DNA of 64,000 bases from a virus: the IMG/VR virus record IMGVR_UViG_3300042350_003822, positions 1-64,000 of that record; one strand, written 5' to 3'. Both the position numbers and the translations under genes were made by a program. Shown piece by piece: positions 1-9,524 of the stretch. The notes beneath the pieces were generated by a model. That model was given only the letters and a program-made list of their open reading frames with translations. It was not told the DNA's origin and made no database searches. How positions within the stretch are numbered: position 1 is the stretch's first letter; every line of letters begins with the position of its first letter.

Positions 1-494
1 GCCTTTGCTTTGGTTTTTGGCTTGAGCTTGCTTTCAAGATCTGCTAGCTTGTCTGAGTCGATAGCATGATATTGACTGAAGAACTTGCCTGTAGGATCGT
101 CGACGAGTTCGTTCATGATAGCAGAGTTCTCAAACGACTTAGCTTTGATATAGGCTTGCTTTTTTTCTTTCTGAATTCTCTGAAGGAAAGCGTAGTAGAT
201 GATCTGCGTGAAGTAGGCAAATGGATTATTAGACTTCTCTGGGTCGAAGTTGTGCAGATATCTAATACACACCTCAATACCATCAGAGATCATCTCATCC
301 TTATACGTGTAGGATGAGAAGTTGGGTTTGGTAGCCAACTTGACAGCAATCTTAAAGATACACTCTCCAATATATTCCGGAATCTTTGGGCGGTGTTCCT
401 CTTGGAGTTCGGCCGCTTTACAGCTATTGATGAAATGAATCATCTCTCCATAAAGACGCTTATTGTCGACATAATGTGCTCTTTGCTTTTTCAT
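1..494 (-). CDS. gp55: Late-transcription sigma factor (T4 gp55-like), 3' end truncated by window edge
   Basis: Not in ORF track. Manual translation from ATG at 494: MKKQRAHYVDNKRLYGEM...IPEYIGECIFKIAVKLATKPNFSSYTYKDEMISDGIE...NFDPEKSNNPFAYFTQIIYYAFLQRIQKEKKQ, typical gp55 motifs. ATGA overlap with the upstream stop. Confidence 0.93.
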   Translation of the reverse strand, partial: MKKQRAHYVDNKRLYGEMIHFINSCKAAELQEEHRPKIPEYIGECIFKIAVKLATKPNFSSYTYKDEMISDGIEVCIRYLHNFDPEKSNNPFAYFTQIIYYAFLQRIQKEKKQAYIKAKSFENSAIMNELVDDPTGKFFSQYHAIDSDKLADLESKLKPKTKAK

Positions 495-847
495 TGTATC
501 TTTGTTCTTCCACTCATCAAGGATAGGATCTCTTCTACGGTTACACGGCCACTAGTATCTGCATCTATTTCAGTAAAACCACCGTTATACATCTTATCCA
601 CTGCTTTCGTATAATAGTCAACAACTTTATGAGCACATTTTGAAGTAGCTATGACATGGCGCATGTAGAGAATGGTTTCCTCACCATCCTCGAGTGACAT
701 GAAGGGATTTAGTCTGGTTACCTGTCTATCACCCATTTCCACAGGCTCGACACGTAGAGGCCTTCTAACCCGTATTCCTACTTCGTCATGCCGAATCAAC
801 TCAGCGACGAGTTCTTCTCCCGAAGACAAAAGTAATGTAATAATCAT
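491..847 (-). CDS. Hypothetical protein, probable Sm-like fold, between uvsW and gp55
   Basis: N-terminal 'LLLSSGEELVAEL' resembles the small Sm-like proteins at this position in T4-like phages; overlaps both neighbours by 4 nt. Confidence 0.6.
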   Translation of the reverse strand: MIITLLLSSGEELVAELIRHDEVGIRVRRPLRVEPVEMGDRQVTRLNPFMSLEDGEETILYMRHVIATSKCAHKVVDYYTKAVDKMYNGGFTEIDADTSGRVTVEEILSLMSGRTKIQ

Positions 848-2301
848 TTCAATCCCACCGTGTATATCTTGTAGTCGAAGTTCTCTTTCTCATAGATCTT
901 CGTTCTATCAATGAAGTGTTTATATGTAAAGTTAGCCTGTCTTTTGTGCGTCATATCATCTACAATATCATATAGAACAGCCTCCTGTTTGGATTCATGT
1001 TGACGCAGCATACGACCAATCGACTGCAGCACCTTAATCTTTGACTTCGAAGGAGAGGCGGCAATCATATGATGTAGCTTATTAATACTTACCCCTGTCG
1101 ACGTCGTACCGAGTGAAGCCACAATGATAGCGTTTTCTTCATCCTCGACGGCAACTCGAATAGCTTCTCTATCCTGTCCGGACACACCACCATCAATATA
1201 GAATAGGTTAGTAATACCACTATCACGAAGGGAATCAGATATGGCTTGACCGTGAGAAATAACCCTAAAGAATACAAGTTTGTTTCCTTTCAATGACAAC
1301 GCCAGGTTTTTGATAAACTTAGTACGTTCCTCGTTGGAGATAATGTAGTCAATTTCTTCCTGGTAAGTCTTGCCCCGCATATCCTTACACGCCTGCTCTG
1401 GATACTTGAGGACGATGCATTTGATCCTAAGGTTGGCAACATGACCACTTTCCATCAGATCCTTGGTAGTGACAACCTGATATTGTGGTCCGAATAGACC
1501 TTCGATTGTGATTCTGTTTAGTGGCAGATCATCTAGCGTCCCTGTCGTGCCGAAGCGATACTGGCAGTTGTCAAGGTTTGACAGGATCTTGACCAAGGTC
1601 GCCGCCTTGCAGGTATGCGCCTCATCTCCAACAACAACTTCGAACTGCTGATACCACTGCTTTGGCATCTTCGTCTTGCCATTGTCCATACTCTGCCAGG
1701 TGGTGATGACAATGTCTTCTTCGATTGTATTCGACTTCGAAAGACCATCTGTAGAGACGTGCATAGTCCCCTTATAGCCATAGGCTCTGAAGTCATTTGC
1801 CATCTGTGTGACAAGACCAATAGTAGGAACGACGATCAGAGTCTTCTTCTTATACCACTGAGAGATCATATAGATCATTAGTGACTTACCAGAAGACGTG
1901 GGAGAGAGAAGTGTTCTGCGCTTAGAGCGGAGGCACTTAATAACGCTCTTGATCTGATAGTCTCTGGGTTGGATGTGTTCAGGAAGGTTTAAGGATTCGA
2001 TGAAATCCATAGTCTCACTTACTGAAACATTGTCATGCTGAAACTGAGGATCGTAAGTAAATCCATAGCCACGCTCGTCACAGAACTTCTTAATGTGTCT
2101 TGCAAGTCCTGCGTACACTGTAGCAGTCAATCTGTTGATCAGACGGATCTTACCGTCCCACATCCGAGACTTATACTTCGGACTGAACCTGTAGTTCTCT
2201 GCGAAGAATGTAAAATGATCCGCCAGCTCCATCAGAATAGATGTGTCTGTGATCACTTTACAGTGAACAGAGTTGATATGCTGTAAGTGTACGGTTTCCA
2301 A
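844..2301 (-). CDS. uvsW: UvsW DNA/RNA helicase (SF2)
   Basis: WDGKIRL, PRDYQ, Walker A SPTSSGKS, DEAH, GTTGT, QSIGR motifs; follows uvsY. Confidence 0.95.
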   Translation of the reverse strand: METVHLQHINSVHCKVITDTSILMELADHFTFFAENYRFSPKYKSRMWDGKIRLINRLTATVYAGLARHIKKFCDERGYGFTYDPQFQHDNVSVSETMDFIESLNLPEHIQPRDYQIKSVIKCLRSKRRTLLSPTSSGKSLMIYMISQWYKKKTLIVVPTIGLVTQMANDFRAYGYKGTMHVSTDGLSKSNTIEEDIVITTWQSMDNGKTKMPKQWYQQFEVVVGDEAHTCKAATLVKILSNLDNCQYRFGTTGTLDDLPLNRITIEGLFGPQYQVVTTKDLMESGHVANLRIKCIVLKYPEQACKDMRGKTYQEEIDYIISNEERTKFIKNLALSLKGNKLVFFRVISHGQAISDSLRDSGITNLFYIDGGVSGQDREAIRVAVEDEENAIIVASLGTTSTGVSINKLHHMIAASPSKSKIKVLQSIGRMLRQHESKQEAVLYDIVDDMTHKRQANFTYKHFIDRTKIYEKENFDYKIYTVGLK

Positions 2302-2736
2302 TTACATTCCTACCTTAAATTTTTCAAAGTCGATAGCAGACTTGATCAGGAATCCTCTATTGATCAATGAGCGAATAATGGAGTCAAGCATATCAACCTT
2401 CTCCTGCTGAATACCAATCTTCAGTGTCAGGGTGATGATCTCGTCATCTGCATCGATGTAGTTGTTGACTTCTGACTTAATAACCCGACCAACAGGAGGC
2501 AGCTTCCAACCCCTTTCGTGTGTTTCGGGTGTGGGTCCTTGTGTAAAAAACTCATACTTTTCTAGCTTGAGCTTCTTGAGCTCGGTCTCAAACTTACGGA
2601 GACGGAGACGCTCTTGGCTAAAGATATTGTAATACTTACTATGCAATGAGGGAATGCGCAGCGCCTCATGCGAAAGCTCGGTATGGTCGATCTTAACATC
2701 TTGCGACCACAGACCTTGGATATCTTCAATCTTCAT
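2302..2736 (-). CDS. uvsY: UvsY recombination mediator
   Basis: W..D.KID..EL..E...IP.LHSKY and 'F.IKSAIDF.KF..G' C-terminus. Start moved to ATG 2736 because the longer ORF runs through the promoter. Confidence 0.9.
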   Translation of the reverse strand: MKIEDIQGLWSQDVKIDHTELSHEALRIPSLHSKYYNIFSQERLRLRKFETELKKLKLEKYEFFTQGPTPETHERGWKLPPVGRVIKSEVNNYIDADDEIITLTLKIGIQQEKVDMLDSIIRSLINRGFLIKSAIDFEKFKVGM

Positions 2737-2767
2737 AACAAACCTTATCTTCCTTAAACTACATATC

Positions 2768-2796
2768 ATCATACTAGATAATTGTACAAAGGTCAA
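2768..2796 (-). promoter_or_regulatory. Sigma70-type (early/middle) promoter for uvsY-uvsW-gp55
   Basis: Minus strand TTGACC-N17-TATGAT, ending 32 nt upstream of the uvsY ATG. Confidence 0.75.
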
Positions 2797-3324
2797 CTAG
2801 ATTTCGTTGATTATATAATCTCTGACAGCAAATGTAGCCGTGGCGGTAATGTATTCAATATCTGATACTGTTGAATCGACTTCTAGATCCGTCAGGTTAG
2901 TAGGGAAGCAATCACGCATTGTGAATTCAATGTTACCATTCATTGCGCTCGTAAGGAACGTCAAAGTAATGTCTGATACGGTAGTATCTTTCTGTTCGTC
3001 AGTGGCTTTGAAGGGTCTATCCTCTAACGTATACTGATTGAAGCTCTGAGGCCTACCAAGTGCAACTAGCCAGTTGTAAATCTCTCGATAATTATCAAGG
3101 TTTTCGTTTACCTTGAAAGTGACTGTTAGATTACCAAACTCGAGGCGATTGCCAGGCTTGGGTACGGAGACGAATGGGGTCGACTGAGTAGCCACGGGTA
3201 GATCAAGAGAAGGTAGTGACACTCTCTGAACGAAGAACTCTACATTGGGAGCACGCGACAGCAGGAACTTATACCCTACCGGCGATAGGAAGTTCATGTT
3301 TGTTGGTTGATTGTTTACCGACAT
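2797..3324 (-). CDS. gp3: Tail tube terminator / tail completion protein gp3
   Basis: NFLSPVGYKF...PNVEFF.Q.V.LP, F.V.E.L.NY.EIYNW, FPT.L; directly after gp23. Confidence 0.88.
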   Translation of the reverse strand: MSVNNQPTNMNFLSPVGYKFLLSRAPNVEFFVQRVSLPSLDLPVATQSTPFVSVPKPGNRLEFGNLTVTFKVNENLDNYREIYNWLVALGRPQSFNQYTLEDRPFKATDEQKDTTVSDITLTFLTSAMNGNIEFTMRDCFPTNLTDLEVDSTVSDIEYITATATFAVRDYIINEI

Positions 3325-3342
3325 ATTATACTCCTTGTCCTA

Positions 3343-3350
3343 TATTTATC
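3343..3350 (-). promoter_or_regulatory. gp55-type late promoter (GATAAATA) for gp3
   Basis: NATAAATA box just downstream of the gp23 terminator and upstream of an AAGGAG RBS. Confidence 0.65.
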
Positions 3351-3353
3351 AAC

Positions 3354-3384
3354 AAAAAAAGAGGGGGATCTTTCGACCCCCCTC
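3354..3384 (-). terminator. Rho-independent terminator after major capsid gene
   Basis: Minus strand GAGGGGGGTC-GAAA-GATCCCCCTC followed by T7. Confidence 0.92.
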
Positions 3385-3416
3385 CCTTAGTTTGGTTGGT
3401 TACCCAACTCTTATGA

Positions 3417-4736
3417 TTACATAAGGTTGTTAACAATCATACGACGATAGTACTTGTTCGAATCCTTGGTAAGAGCACCAAGACCTTCTGAAGTACCGTC
3501 TGCGAATGGATTCGCGACCATGCCGTAGCGGGTCTTGAAGCCAATCTTTGGCTGGAAGTTGTCTTGATCGACTGCACGAACCATTTGTAGTGGAACGTAT
3601 GGGCAGTAGAACAGACCGGCGTCGAACGCTGACGAACCCTTGTAGCCTACAGTGATGTAGTTACCAGTTACGTATGGATCGATGTAAACGCGCATACGGC
3701 CATTCAGAACACCAGCGAAGGTGTTGCCTGTGTCGTCGATGTTCAGGTTGTTCGAGTTAAGAGCAGGAGCGTAGTCAAGAACACCGGCCATCTGCAGAGC
3801 GGAAGCAACGTCCGACGAGCAGATTACGATGTTACCCTTACCACGACGGGTGCCCTTGGCGATCTGGTTGGCTTCACGCTCGAGCTGGAACATCAGACCC
3901 TTGAACTTTTCAACTGACCAACGGCCGTTTGAATCGGTGTCAAGATCGAAGATACCTGCTGTGGTTGTGCCTTCTGAAGCACCACGCTCAGCTGTTACGT
4001 TGATCGTGCGAACAACTTCACGGTTGATTTCCGAAAGGATTTCAGCCGAAAGAATGTTTGCAAGTTCTGTCTCAGCGTCAAGACCGTGAATTGCCTTCAG
4101 ATCTTGTGCAAGCTCGAGTGAGTATTCTGCCTTCAGAGCGCGTGAGCGAGCTGTAACAGTTACCTTCTCGATCGAGAATGCCATTTCAGGAATGGCTACA
4201 GATGAGTTGCCCCAACCTTCTGCGTATGCTGTGTTAACACCACGAACGTAGTTGTAGGTGTTTGATTCGGCGTTGTTTGCAGTACCTGGAACAGTACCAA
4301 CGTTACGGAAACCAGGAAGGTTAACGGTTGTGTTGCCTTCTGGGTTTGCCGAGAAGCCTGTGTTCGACTCATTGTAGAATGCTTCTGTTCCACCTTGTGT
4401 TGCGTAACGAGCACGCATTGCGAAGATAAGACCAGTTGGACCTGTCATTGGCTGAACGCCGCAGATGTCGTAAGCTACGAGGTTTGGCATTGAACGACGA
4501 ACCAGTGAGATAAGAACTGGATCGAAGTTATCAACGGCCGAACCGGTTGCGTTGACTGGTGTAGCTTCTGCAAGCAGATTCTGGCCACCAAAAGCCTGTG
4601 TTGATTCACGGAGAGCAATTTCGGTGTTCTCGAGAATCTGAGCTGTTACCGCACGGCGGTGTGAGTCTCTAATTGGGTCAAGGTCAGCGTGTTCTAGAAC
4701 AGGCTTCCACTTGTTTTGTACTTCCTCAGCTAGCAT
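3417..4736 (-). CDS. gp23: Major capsid protein
   Basis: KWKPVL, DPVLISLVRRSMPNL, GVQPMTGPTGLIFAMR, SRALKAEYS.ELAQDLKAIHGLDAE, FQPKIGFKTRYG. Confidence 0.98.
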   Translation of the reverse strand: MLAEEVQNKWKPVLEHADLDPIRDSHRRAVTAQILENTEIALRESTQAFGGQNLLAEATPVNATGSAVDNFDPVLISLVRRSMPNLVAYDICGVQPMTGPTGLIFAMRARYATQGGTEAFYNESNTGFSANPEGNTTVNLPGFRNVGTVPGTANNAESNTYNYVRGVNTAYAEGWGNSSVAIPEMAFSIEKVTVTARSRALKAEYSLELAQDLKAIHGLDAETELANILSAEILSEINREVVRTINVTAERGASEGTTTAGIFDLDTDSNGRWSVEKFKGLMFQLEREANQIAKGTRRGKGNIVICSSDVASALQMAGVLDYAPALNSNNLNIDDTGNTFAGVLNGRMRVYIDPYVTGNYITVGYKGSSAFDAGLFYCPYVPLQMVRAVDQDNFQPKIGFKTRYGMVANPFADGTSEGLGALTKDSNKYYRRMIVNNLM

Positions 4737-4771
4737 GTAATCCCTCCTTTGGATTTTTTTAATTGCTTAAT

Positions 4772-4779
4772 TATTTATA
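4772..4779 (-). promoter_or_regulatory. Late promoter TATAAATA for gp23
   Basis: Exact T4 late consensus upstream of an AAGGAGG RBS. Confidence 0.85.
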
Positions 4780-4783
4780 ATAA

Positions 4784-5794
4784 TTATTTCTTTGTGGTCT
4801 TTGCGATTGCGGAAACATACTTTTGCATGCCCGAATCAACGCGTACGAGAGCTTCTTCAGTTAGTTCTTCAACAGAAGAAGCTGTGGTTTCTTCAACTAC
4901 AAGCGAAGAAGTAGCAGTCTTCTTCGGGGCAAAGTAGTTTTCTTTGACCAATTCGACCTTCCGACGGAATGCATCGGCGTCTGAATACTCTAGGCCTTCA
5001 GCAAGAGTGCGAAGCTTTTCTACCTGAGTAGCGGCTAGGCCTTCCGCAACTTCATCGAAGATAGCTTCTTTTTCAGCTTCTTCAACTAGCTTTGTGAGCT
5101 CAATCTTTTCGTTGATTTCCTCATTTAGCTGTTCCTCAAGTTCAAGAACACGAGCTTCAAGAGACTCTACCATGTCCACTGTTTCTTCAGAAACTTCTAC
5201 CATGTGCTCTGCAAATAGAGCCTTAACACCATCGATGAACTTGTCTGCAGCTTCGACCTTCATTGAAGATTCGATAGCAATTTGGTTGTCTTCGAACCAC
5301 TGCTCTGCAACATAGTCGAGGTATGTGTCTACCTTAGCAGTTAGATCTTCTTCGATGCGCTCTGCAACTTCTTGCACAGCTTCTTCGAATTCTTCTTCAA
5401 GGCGAGCTACTTCAAGACCTACGCGTGCATTAACAGCAGCTTCGAAAAGAGTCGATGCCTTTTCGCGGAACTCTTCTGAAAGATCGTCGTTAGCAAAAAG
5501 CTCTTCAACGTCTTCCTTCATTGCACCCTTAGCAGCGATCGATGCCTTGTTTGCAGCTGACTTGTCAACTGTGCCACCAGGTGTCTTGTTCTTGCCATAT
5601 TGAGCAAGCACAGCCTGGAACTTGTTAATTTCTTCTTTCGACATACCGCCCATTGTAGCAACAACAGATGCCATAAGCTCTGTCTTGCCAACGTCACCAG
5701 CAACCGAGCCAGCGCCTGGCTTCAGTGTATCGGCTGCAGCTGTTTCGTCGAGAACATTGTTCTCTTCGATTTCAGATGATTCTTTAATTGCCAT
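4784..5794 (-). CDS. gp22: Prohead core scaffold protein
   Basis: LSEEF.EKA.T.FEAAV, VD.YLDYV.E.W; acidic coiled coil. Start set at ATG 5794 (AAGGAG RBS). Confidence 0.93.
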   Translation of the reverse strand: MAIKESSEIEENNVLDETAAADTLKPGAGSVAGDVGKTELMASVVATMGGMSKEEINKFQAVLAQYGKNKTPGGTVDKSAANKASIAAKGAMKEDVEELFANDDLSEEFREKASTLFEAAVNARVGLEVARLEEEFEEAVQEVAERIEEDLTAKVDTYLDYVAEQWFEDNQIAIESSMKVEAADKFIDGVKALFAEHMVEVSEETVDMVESLEARVLELEEQLNEEINEKIELTKLVEEAEKEAIFDEVAEGLAATQVEKLRTLAEGLEYSDADAFRRKVELVKENYFAPKKTATSSLVVEETTASSVEELTEEALVRVDSGMQKYVSAIAKTTKK

Positions 5795-5831
5795 TCTCTG
5801 ACTCCTTTTAGATACATTTAATCTAGTTGTA

Positions 5832-5839
5832 TATTTATT
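5832..5839 (-). promoter_or_regulatory. Probable late promoter (AATAAATA) for gp22
   Basis: NATAAATA box in the gap between gp21 stop and gp22 start. Confidence 0.6.
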
Positions 5840-5843
5840 GTAC

Positions 5844-6497
5844 TTAACTTTTTGATATTGAATTGATGAAATTCTCAAAAACTTTTAACTTTTGGGTCTC
5901 AAGATTACGTGAGCGAACTGCTTGTTCAACTTGTAACTTAGCACGGTGAGCGATGAGCATGTTGTTTTCCCAAATCCACTCAACACCTTCCATGATACCG
6001 TTCACAAATGCATCAGGAGCCGAAGGATCGGCAACAATATCTGCGGCTGTCGCAAGGTGGAAGTCGTCTTGAACTTCATTCACACCTTCTTTATTTAGCT
6101 TAATTGAACCCATACCACGAGTCGATACACCTAGCTGGCCACCTGACTCAATAATACCACGAGCGATGTTACCCATAGGAGTGTCGGTGATCTTTGCGCG
6201 GCCAATGAAGTTGGATCCGTCTTGCTTCAGAGATTCAATAATGTGAGAGATACGATCGAGGTTGATCTGAGGACCATCTGGATGTCCTAGCTCACCGAAC
6301 GCGCGGCCTTTCTGAACGAACTGCTCGTTATATCTATTGACTTCTCTTTCGAGAACTGCCTTAGGATAAACGCGGCCGTTGCGGTTCTTGATTTCTGACT
6401 GAAGGAATACACCTTCAATGTACATAGTCTTCTTGCCGCTTTCCGTCTTTTCGGTAACGTACTTGATAGACTCGTTCAGTTCAGTGATCAGTTTCAT
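5844..6497 (-). CDS. gp21: Prohead maturation protease
   Basis: MKLITE, YIEGVFLQSEIKNRNGRVYP, GELGHP, GVSTRGMGS, DIVADPSAPDAFV. Start at ATG 6497. Confidence 0.95.
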   Translation of the reverse strand: MKLITELNESIKYVTEKTESGKKTMYIEGVFLQSEIKNRNGRVYPKAVLEREVNRYNEQFVQKGRAFGELGHPDGPQINLDRISHIIESLKQDGSNFIGRAKITDTPMGNIARGIIESGGQLGVSTRGMGSIKLNKEGVNEVQDDFHLATAADIVADPSAPDAFVNGIMEGVEWIWENNMLIAHRAKLQVEQAVRSRNLETQKLKVFENFINSISKS

Positions 6498-6507
6498 TGA
6501 TTGGTCC

Positions 6508-6909
6508 TTAGCTCTGCATGTATTCTGATGTGAAGGCGCCAGTCTTCTGCAGCTCAAAAGTAATGAAACTATTTGCTGAACCGATCAGATTCACTACAAC
6601 GTTAGCTGTAGGATAAAGGTTGATGGGCATGCCTGTACCAGCATATTCGTGTTGACCTGTCGAGTCATACACAGCTACCAAGTTAGCACCGCGAAGAATC
6701 TGAATGTGGCCCGTGCCGTCACATCCCCAGACAGCTTGGGTGATATAAGCACCTGTCAATACTTCGTCACTAACAGCTACGCATACGCTTGTACCGTTGA
6801 CATTTGTAGTAGAAGAGTTACCAGCAACAATAATGTTACCGCTGTTAGAAGAAGCAACGTGAACAACAAGTGATGTGTTCTTCTTGTTAGATGTGATGAC
6901 TGCTGGCAT
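6508..6909 (-). CDS. Hypothetical Asn-rich beta-strand protein in head cluster
   Basis: 133 aa ORF coupled to the upstream gene; no recognised family. Confidence 0.6.
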   Translation of the reverse strand: MPAVITSNKKNTSLVVHVASSNSGNIIVAGNSSTTNVNGTSVCVAVSDEVLTGAYITQAVWGCDGTGHIQILRGANLVAVYDSTGQHEYAGTGMPINLYPTANVVVNLIGSANSFITFELQKTGAFTSEYMQS

Positions 6910-7667
6910 TATTCACCTCTATTTTCAATAGCGAAGGCAACCATCTTTTCGAGGCCTTCTTCTGTGGCACATGCTGCAGCAAACTTAACTTGGTTGTCTT
7001 CGTGCAACTTGTCGAATGCTGTCTTCATTGTTTCTTGAAGACGTGGCGAAAGACCGCTGATAGCAGCTTCGAGATCCTCTGCAACCTTCTTAGCTGTTGC
7101 AGTTGCAATAGCCATCTTTTTACCCATTGGCATCTTTGGATTCTCGCGCTTGATAGCCTTGGCTACTTCTTCGCGCTTCTTCATTTCTGCAGGAGTCAAC
7201 GTCTTTTCATCAAGCTCTACATCCTCATGCATCTTATACTCGCCGGTGCGAGCAAGGCTATCGTGGATGTTGCTAAGCTGAGTTGCAATGTGCTCCATCG
7301 AGCCAGTATGACCCCAATGAGGACCCTTACGACCCTTATGATCTTTATGAGCAGCAGCTTCAGCGGCATGAGTCTTTAGGTGCTGAGAGATCGACTTGAG
7401 AAGATCCTTGGCATGGCGATGGTGGTGGTCAAAACGACCAGCAGCATCCATGGCTTCGTAAACCTTTTCGTCGTCTCCCGCATCATACCCCTTGCGATCT
7501 TTTTTGCGTTCGACCGTCTTGATATTAGTTGCCTTAAAGACATCGTCCTTGTTACCCGCACGGTCGGCCTTAACTTCGGCTTCGTGCTTGTCGACAAAGC
7601 GCTGCTCATCAGGCGACTTAACCTTACGATAGCCTGTCTGTTCAGCAAATTGTTTAAGCGTCTTCAT
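6909..7667 (-). CDS. Probable prohead core / internal head protein
   Basis: Lies between gp67-like gene and gp21; charged; N-terminus MKTLKQFAE resembles the T4 capsid-targeting sequence. Confidence 0.6.
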   Translation of the reverse strand: MKTLKQFAEQTGYRKVKSPDEQRFVDKHEAEVKADRAGNKDDVFKATNIKTVERKKDRKGYDAGDDEKVYEAMDAAGRFDHHHRHAKDLLKSISQHLKTHAAEAAAHKDHKGRKGPHWGHTGSMEHIATQLSNIHDSLARTGEYKMHEDVELDEKTLTPAEMKKREEVAKAIKRENPKMPMGKKMAIATATAKKVAEDLEAAISGLSPRLQETMKTAFDKLHEDNQVKFAAACATEEGLEKMVAFAIENRGE

Positions 7668-7950
7668 CGGTGTCGTCCCCGTCTAAGTCTAAGTCGTCGA
7701 GATCTTCTAGGTCAACATCGTCTAAGTCAAGATCATCGAGATCAACATCGTCCAGGTCTAAATCATCATCTTGCGGATCAAATTCTTCATCGTCAGGTTT
7801 TGCAAAGACACTTTGCTCAAAGTTAGCACGAACACTGTCCATTTGAGCTTCGATCTTTGCGCGTAAAACTGAATCAAAAGCATCTGCAACCTTTAGAGGC
7901 TGTGATGCCGCACTAAAATCTAGAATGTCTGCTGTTGTATAGTCTGTCAT
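7654..7950 (-). CDS. Prohead core protein, gp67-like, with acidic tail
   Basis: Small protein directly after portal; helical N-half and Asp/Leu repeat tail (DLDLDDVDLDDLDLDD). Confidence 0.65.
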   Translation of the reverse strand: MTDYTTADILDFSAASQPLKVADAFDSVLRAKIEAQMDSVRANFEQSVFAKPDDEEFDPQDDDLDLDDVDLDDLDLDDVDLEDLDDLDLDGDDTDEDA

Positions 7951-7970
7951 AAAAACTCCATTCTAACTAT

Positions 7971-9494
7971 TTATGTTCCTCTAGGTTGCGTCTGTGAAGC
8001 CTGCTCTTCATCATCTGGTTGGATAATTCCAGCAGCCTTCTCTGCATCAACCTGAGTGTTAATGTCTTTGATCTCTTCTTCTGTCTGATGAAGAACGTGT
8101 TTACGAACCCACTCATTAGAGTAGTACTTGCCTACGTAATCGTCAATGTCTCTAAGCATGGAAACGCGATCACGAAGAATTTCTGTTTCCTTGAGTTCTG
8201 CAAAGTAATTGTCAATAGAGTAATCGTATCTAATAGCACGAGCAAACTCTGGCCACTCTTCTAACGTCACTATACCTTTGAGCACAAGCTGACGCTCTAG
8301 GATCTTTGTAAAGATCTGTGAGAACCTCATTCTCAGACGCTCTACAAACTTAGAAAACTTGATTTCGTCTCTGGAGATTTCAGTAGACCGGCCAAGATTA
8401 AATGTTGTCTCTGGCTCCAGTCTGCCGATAGGAACATTCAGTGACTTGTATAGCTTCTTTTGGAAGTACACAATATCATCAATCTGGCTGAGATTCTGAC
8501 CACCTGGCAGGGTAGTAATTTCTGTTCCCTTACCACCTTCACGACGCGGAAGCCAGAAGTCTTCAAGCATCGTCATGAACTTACGGTCGTCTCTGATCTC
8601 GCCCGTGTCAGAGTTGTAAACAACTTTGTTCTTGAAACGAACCATCATGTCACGAACGTACTGCTCTGCCTTCATCTTAGGAAGATTGCCGACATCAATG
8701 TAGAAGATGCGGCGTTCTGGAGCACGAGAGATACGATAAATGACTAGCGAATCTTCAAGCGAACGTAGTTGGTTTAGTGGCTTGATTGCTTTATGAAGAT
8801 AAGAAAGAACGAGGTCTCCGTTAGGATTGGTCAATCCACTCATCACATTAACAATCGAGTCCTTAGCAATCTTGATCCCTTGAGCATTTGATGTAGTAGC
8901 TCCTGGGGCCTTTACAAAGCCTTTGTCACTATAGATGTAATACTCTGCACCATCTTGAATAACAGGAACACCGTTTTCGGTTTTCTTTTTATTCTGCTCG
9001 CGAATCTTACGGATGTTCTTAGGATCAAGATAGCGAAGCTCTTTGATACCTTCTCTTGGATTCTTGTTATCAATAATCACATGATAGTATAATCTTCCAT
9101 CAATGTACCACTTCCGGAAGGTATCATAGCTGTATTCGTTAAAATGCAGTAGTCCTAAAACTGTCTTGAATTCTTCAGCAATAAGATTCTTGATTCTATC
9201 TGGTTGATCGAGATCGTCAAGATTGATTTCGACGGGTTCCTTTTCAGGGTTCCCGACAATGGCTTCGTTTACAATATCATCAATAGCTGTTTCGATCTCG
9301 GGATGCATAGACATCTCACGATATCTTGTAACGAGTTCGGTTTCGGTTCTAATAGAACCATCAAGATCGACGTATGTACCATAGACACCGCCACCTTGAA
9401 CAACCATCGCCCCGTCATCACTTTGCTTAGGAGCAAAGGAGACGGAGGCTGGTTCTTCTACTTTTTTCTTAAATTCAAAGCCAAATAACTGCAT
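7971..9494 (-). CDS. gp20: Portal protein
   Basis: MQLFGF, WYIDGRLYYH, LSYLHKAIKPLNQLR, YRISRAPERRIFYIDVGNLPK.KAEQY, EDFWLPRREGGKGTEITTLPGG. Confidence 0.98.
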   Translation of the reverse strand: MQLFGFEFKKKVEEPASVSFAPKQSDDGAMVVQGGGVYGTYVDLDGSIRTETELVTRYREMSMHPEIETAIDDIVNEAIVGNPEKEPVEINLDDLDQPDRIKNLIAEEFKTVLGLLHFNEYSYDTFRKWYIDGRLYYHVIIDNKNPREGIKELRYLDPKNIRKIREQNKKKTENGVPVIQDGAEYYIYSDKGFVKAPGATTSNAQGIKIAKDSIVNVMSGLTNPNGDLVLSYLHKAIKPLNQLRSLEDSLVIYRISRAPERRIFYIDVGNLPKMKAEQYVRDMMVRFKNKVVYNSDTGEIRDDRKFMTMLEDFWLPRREGGKGTEITTLPGGQNLSQIDDIVYFQKKLYKSLNVPIGRLEPETTFNLGRSTEISRDEIKFSKFVERLRMRFSQIFTKILERQLVLKGIVTLEEWPEFARAIRYDYSIDNYFAELKETEILRDRVSMLRDIDDYVGKYYSNEWVRKHVLHQTEEEIKDINTQVDAEKAAGIIQPDDEEQASQTQPRGT

Positions 9495-9524
9495 GCTTCA
9501 CTTTCTTATAATATTATATAGTAA

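Noticed and set aside
3324-3417. Absence of gp24 vertex, hoc and soc genes after gp23
   Set aside because: Usual for cyanophage-like and other distant T4 relatives; not novel
7680-7770. Short DNA repeats (tcgtctaagtc-like)
   Set aside because: They encode the acidic DLDLDD tail of the gp67-like core protein; low-complexity coding sequence
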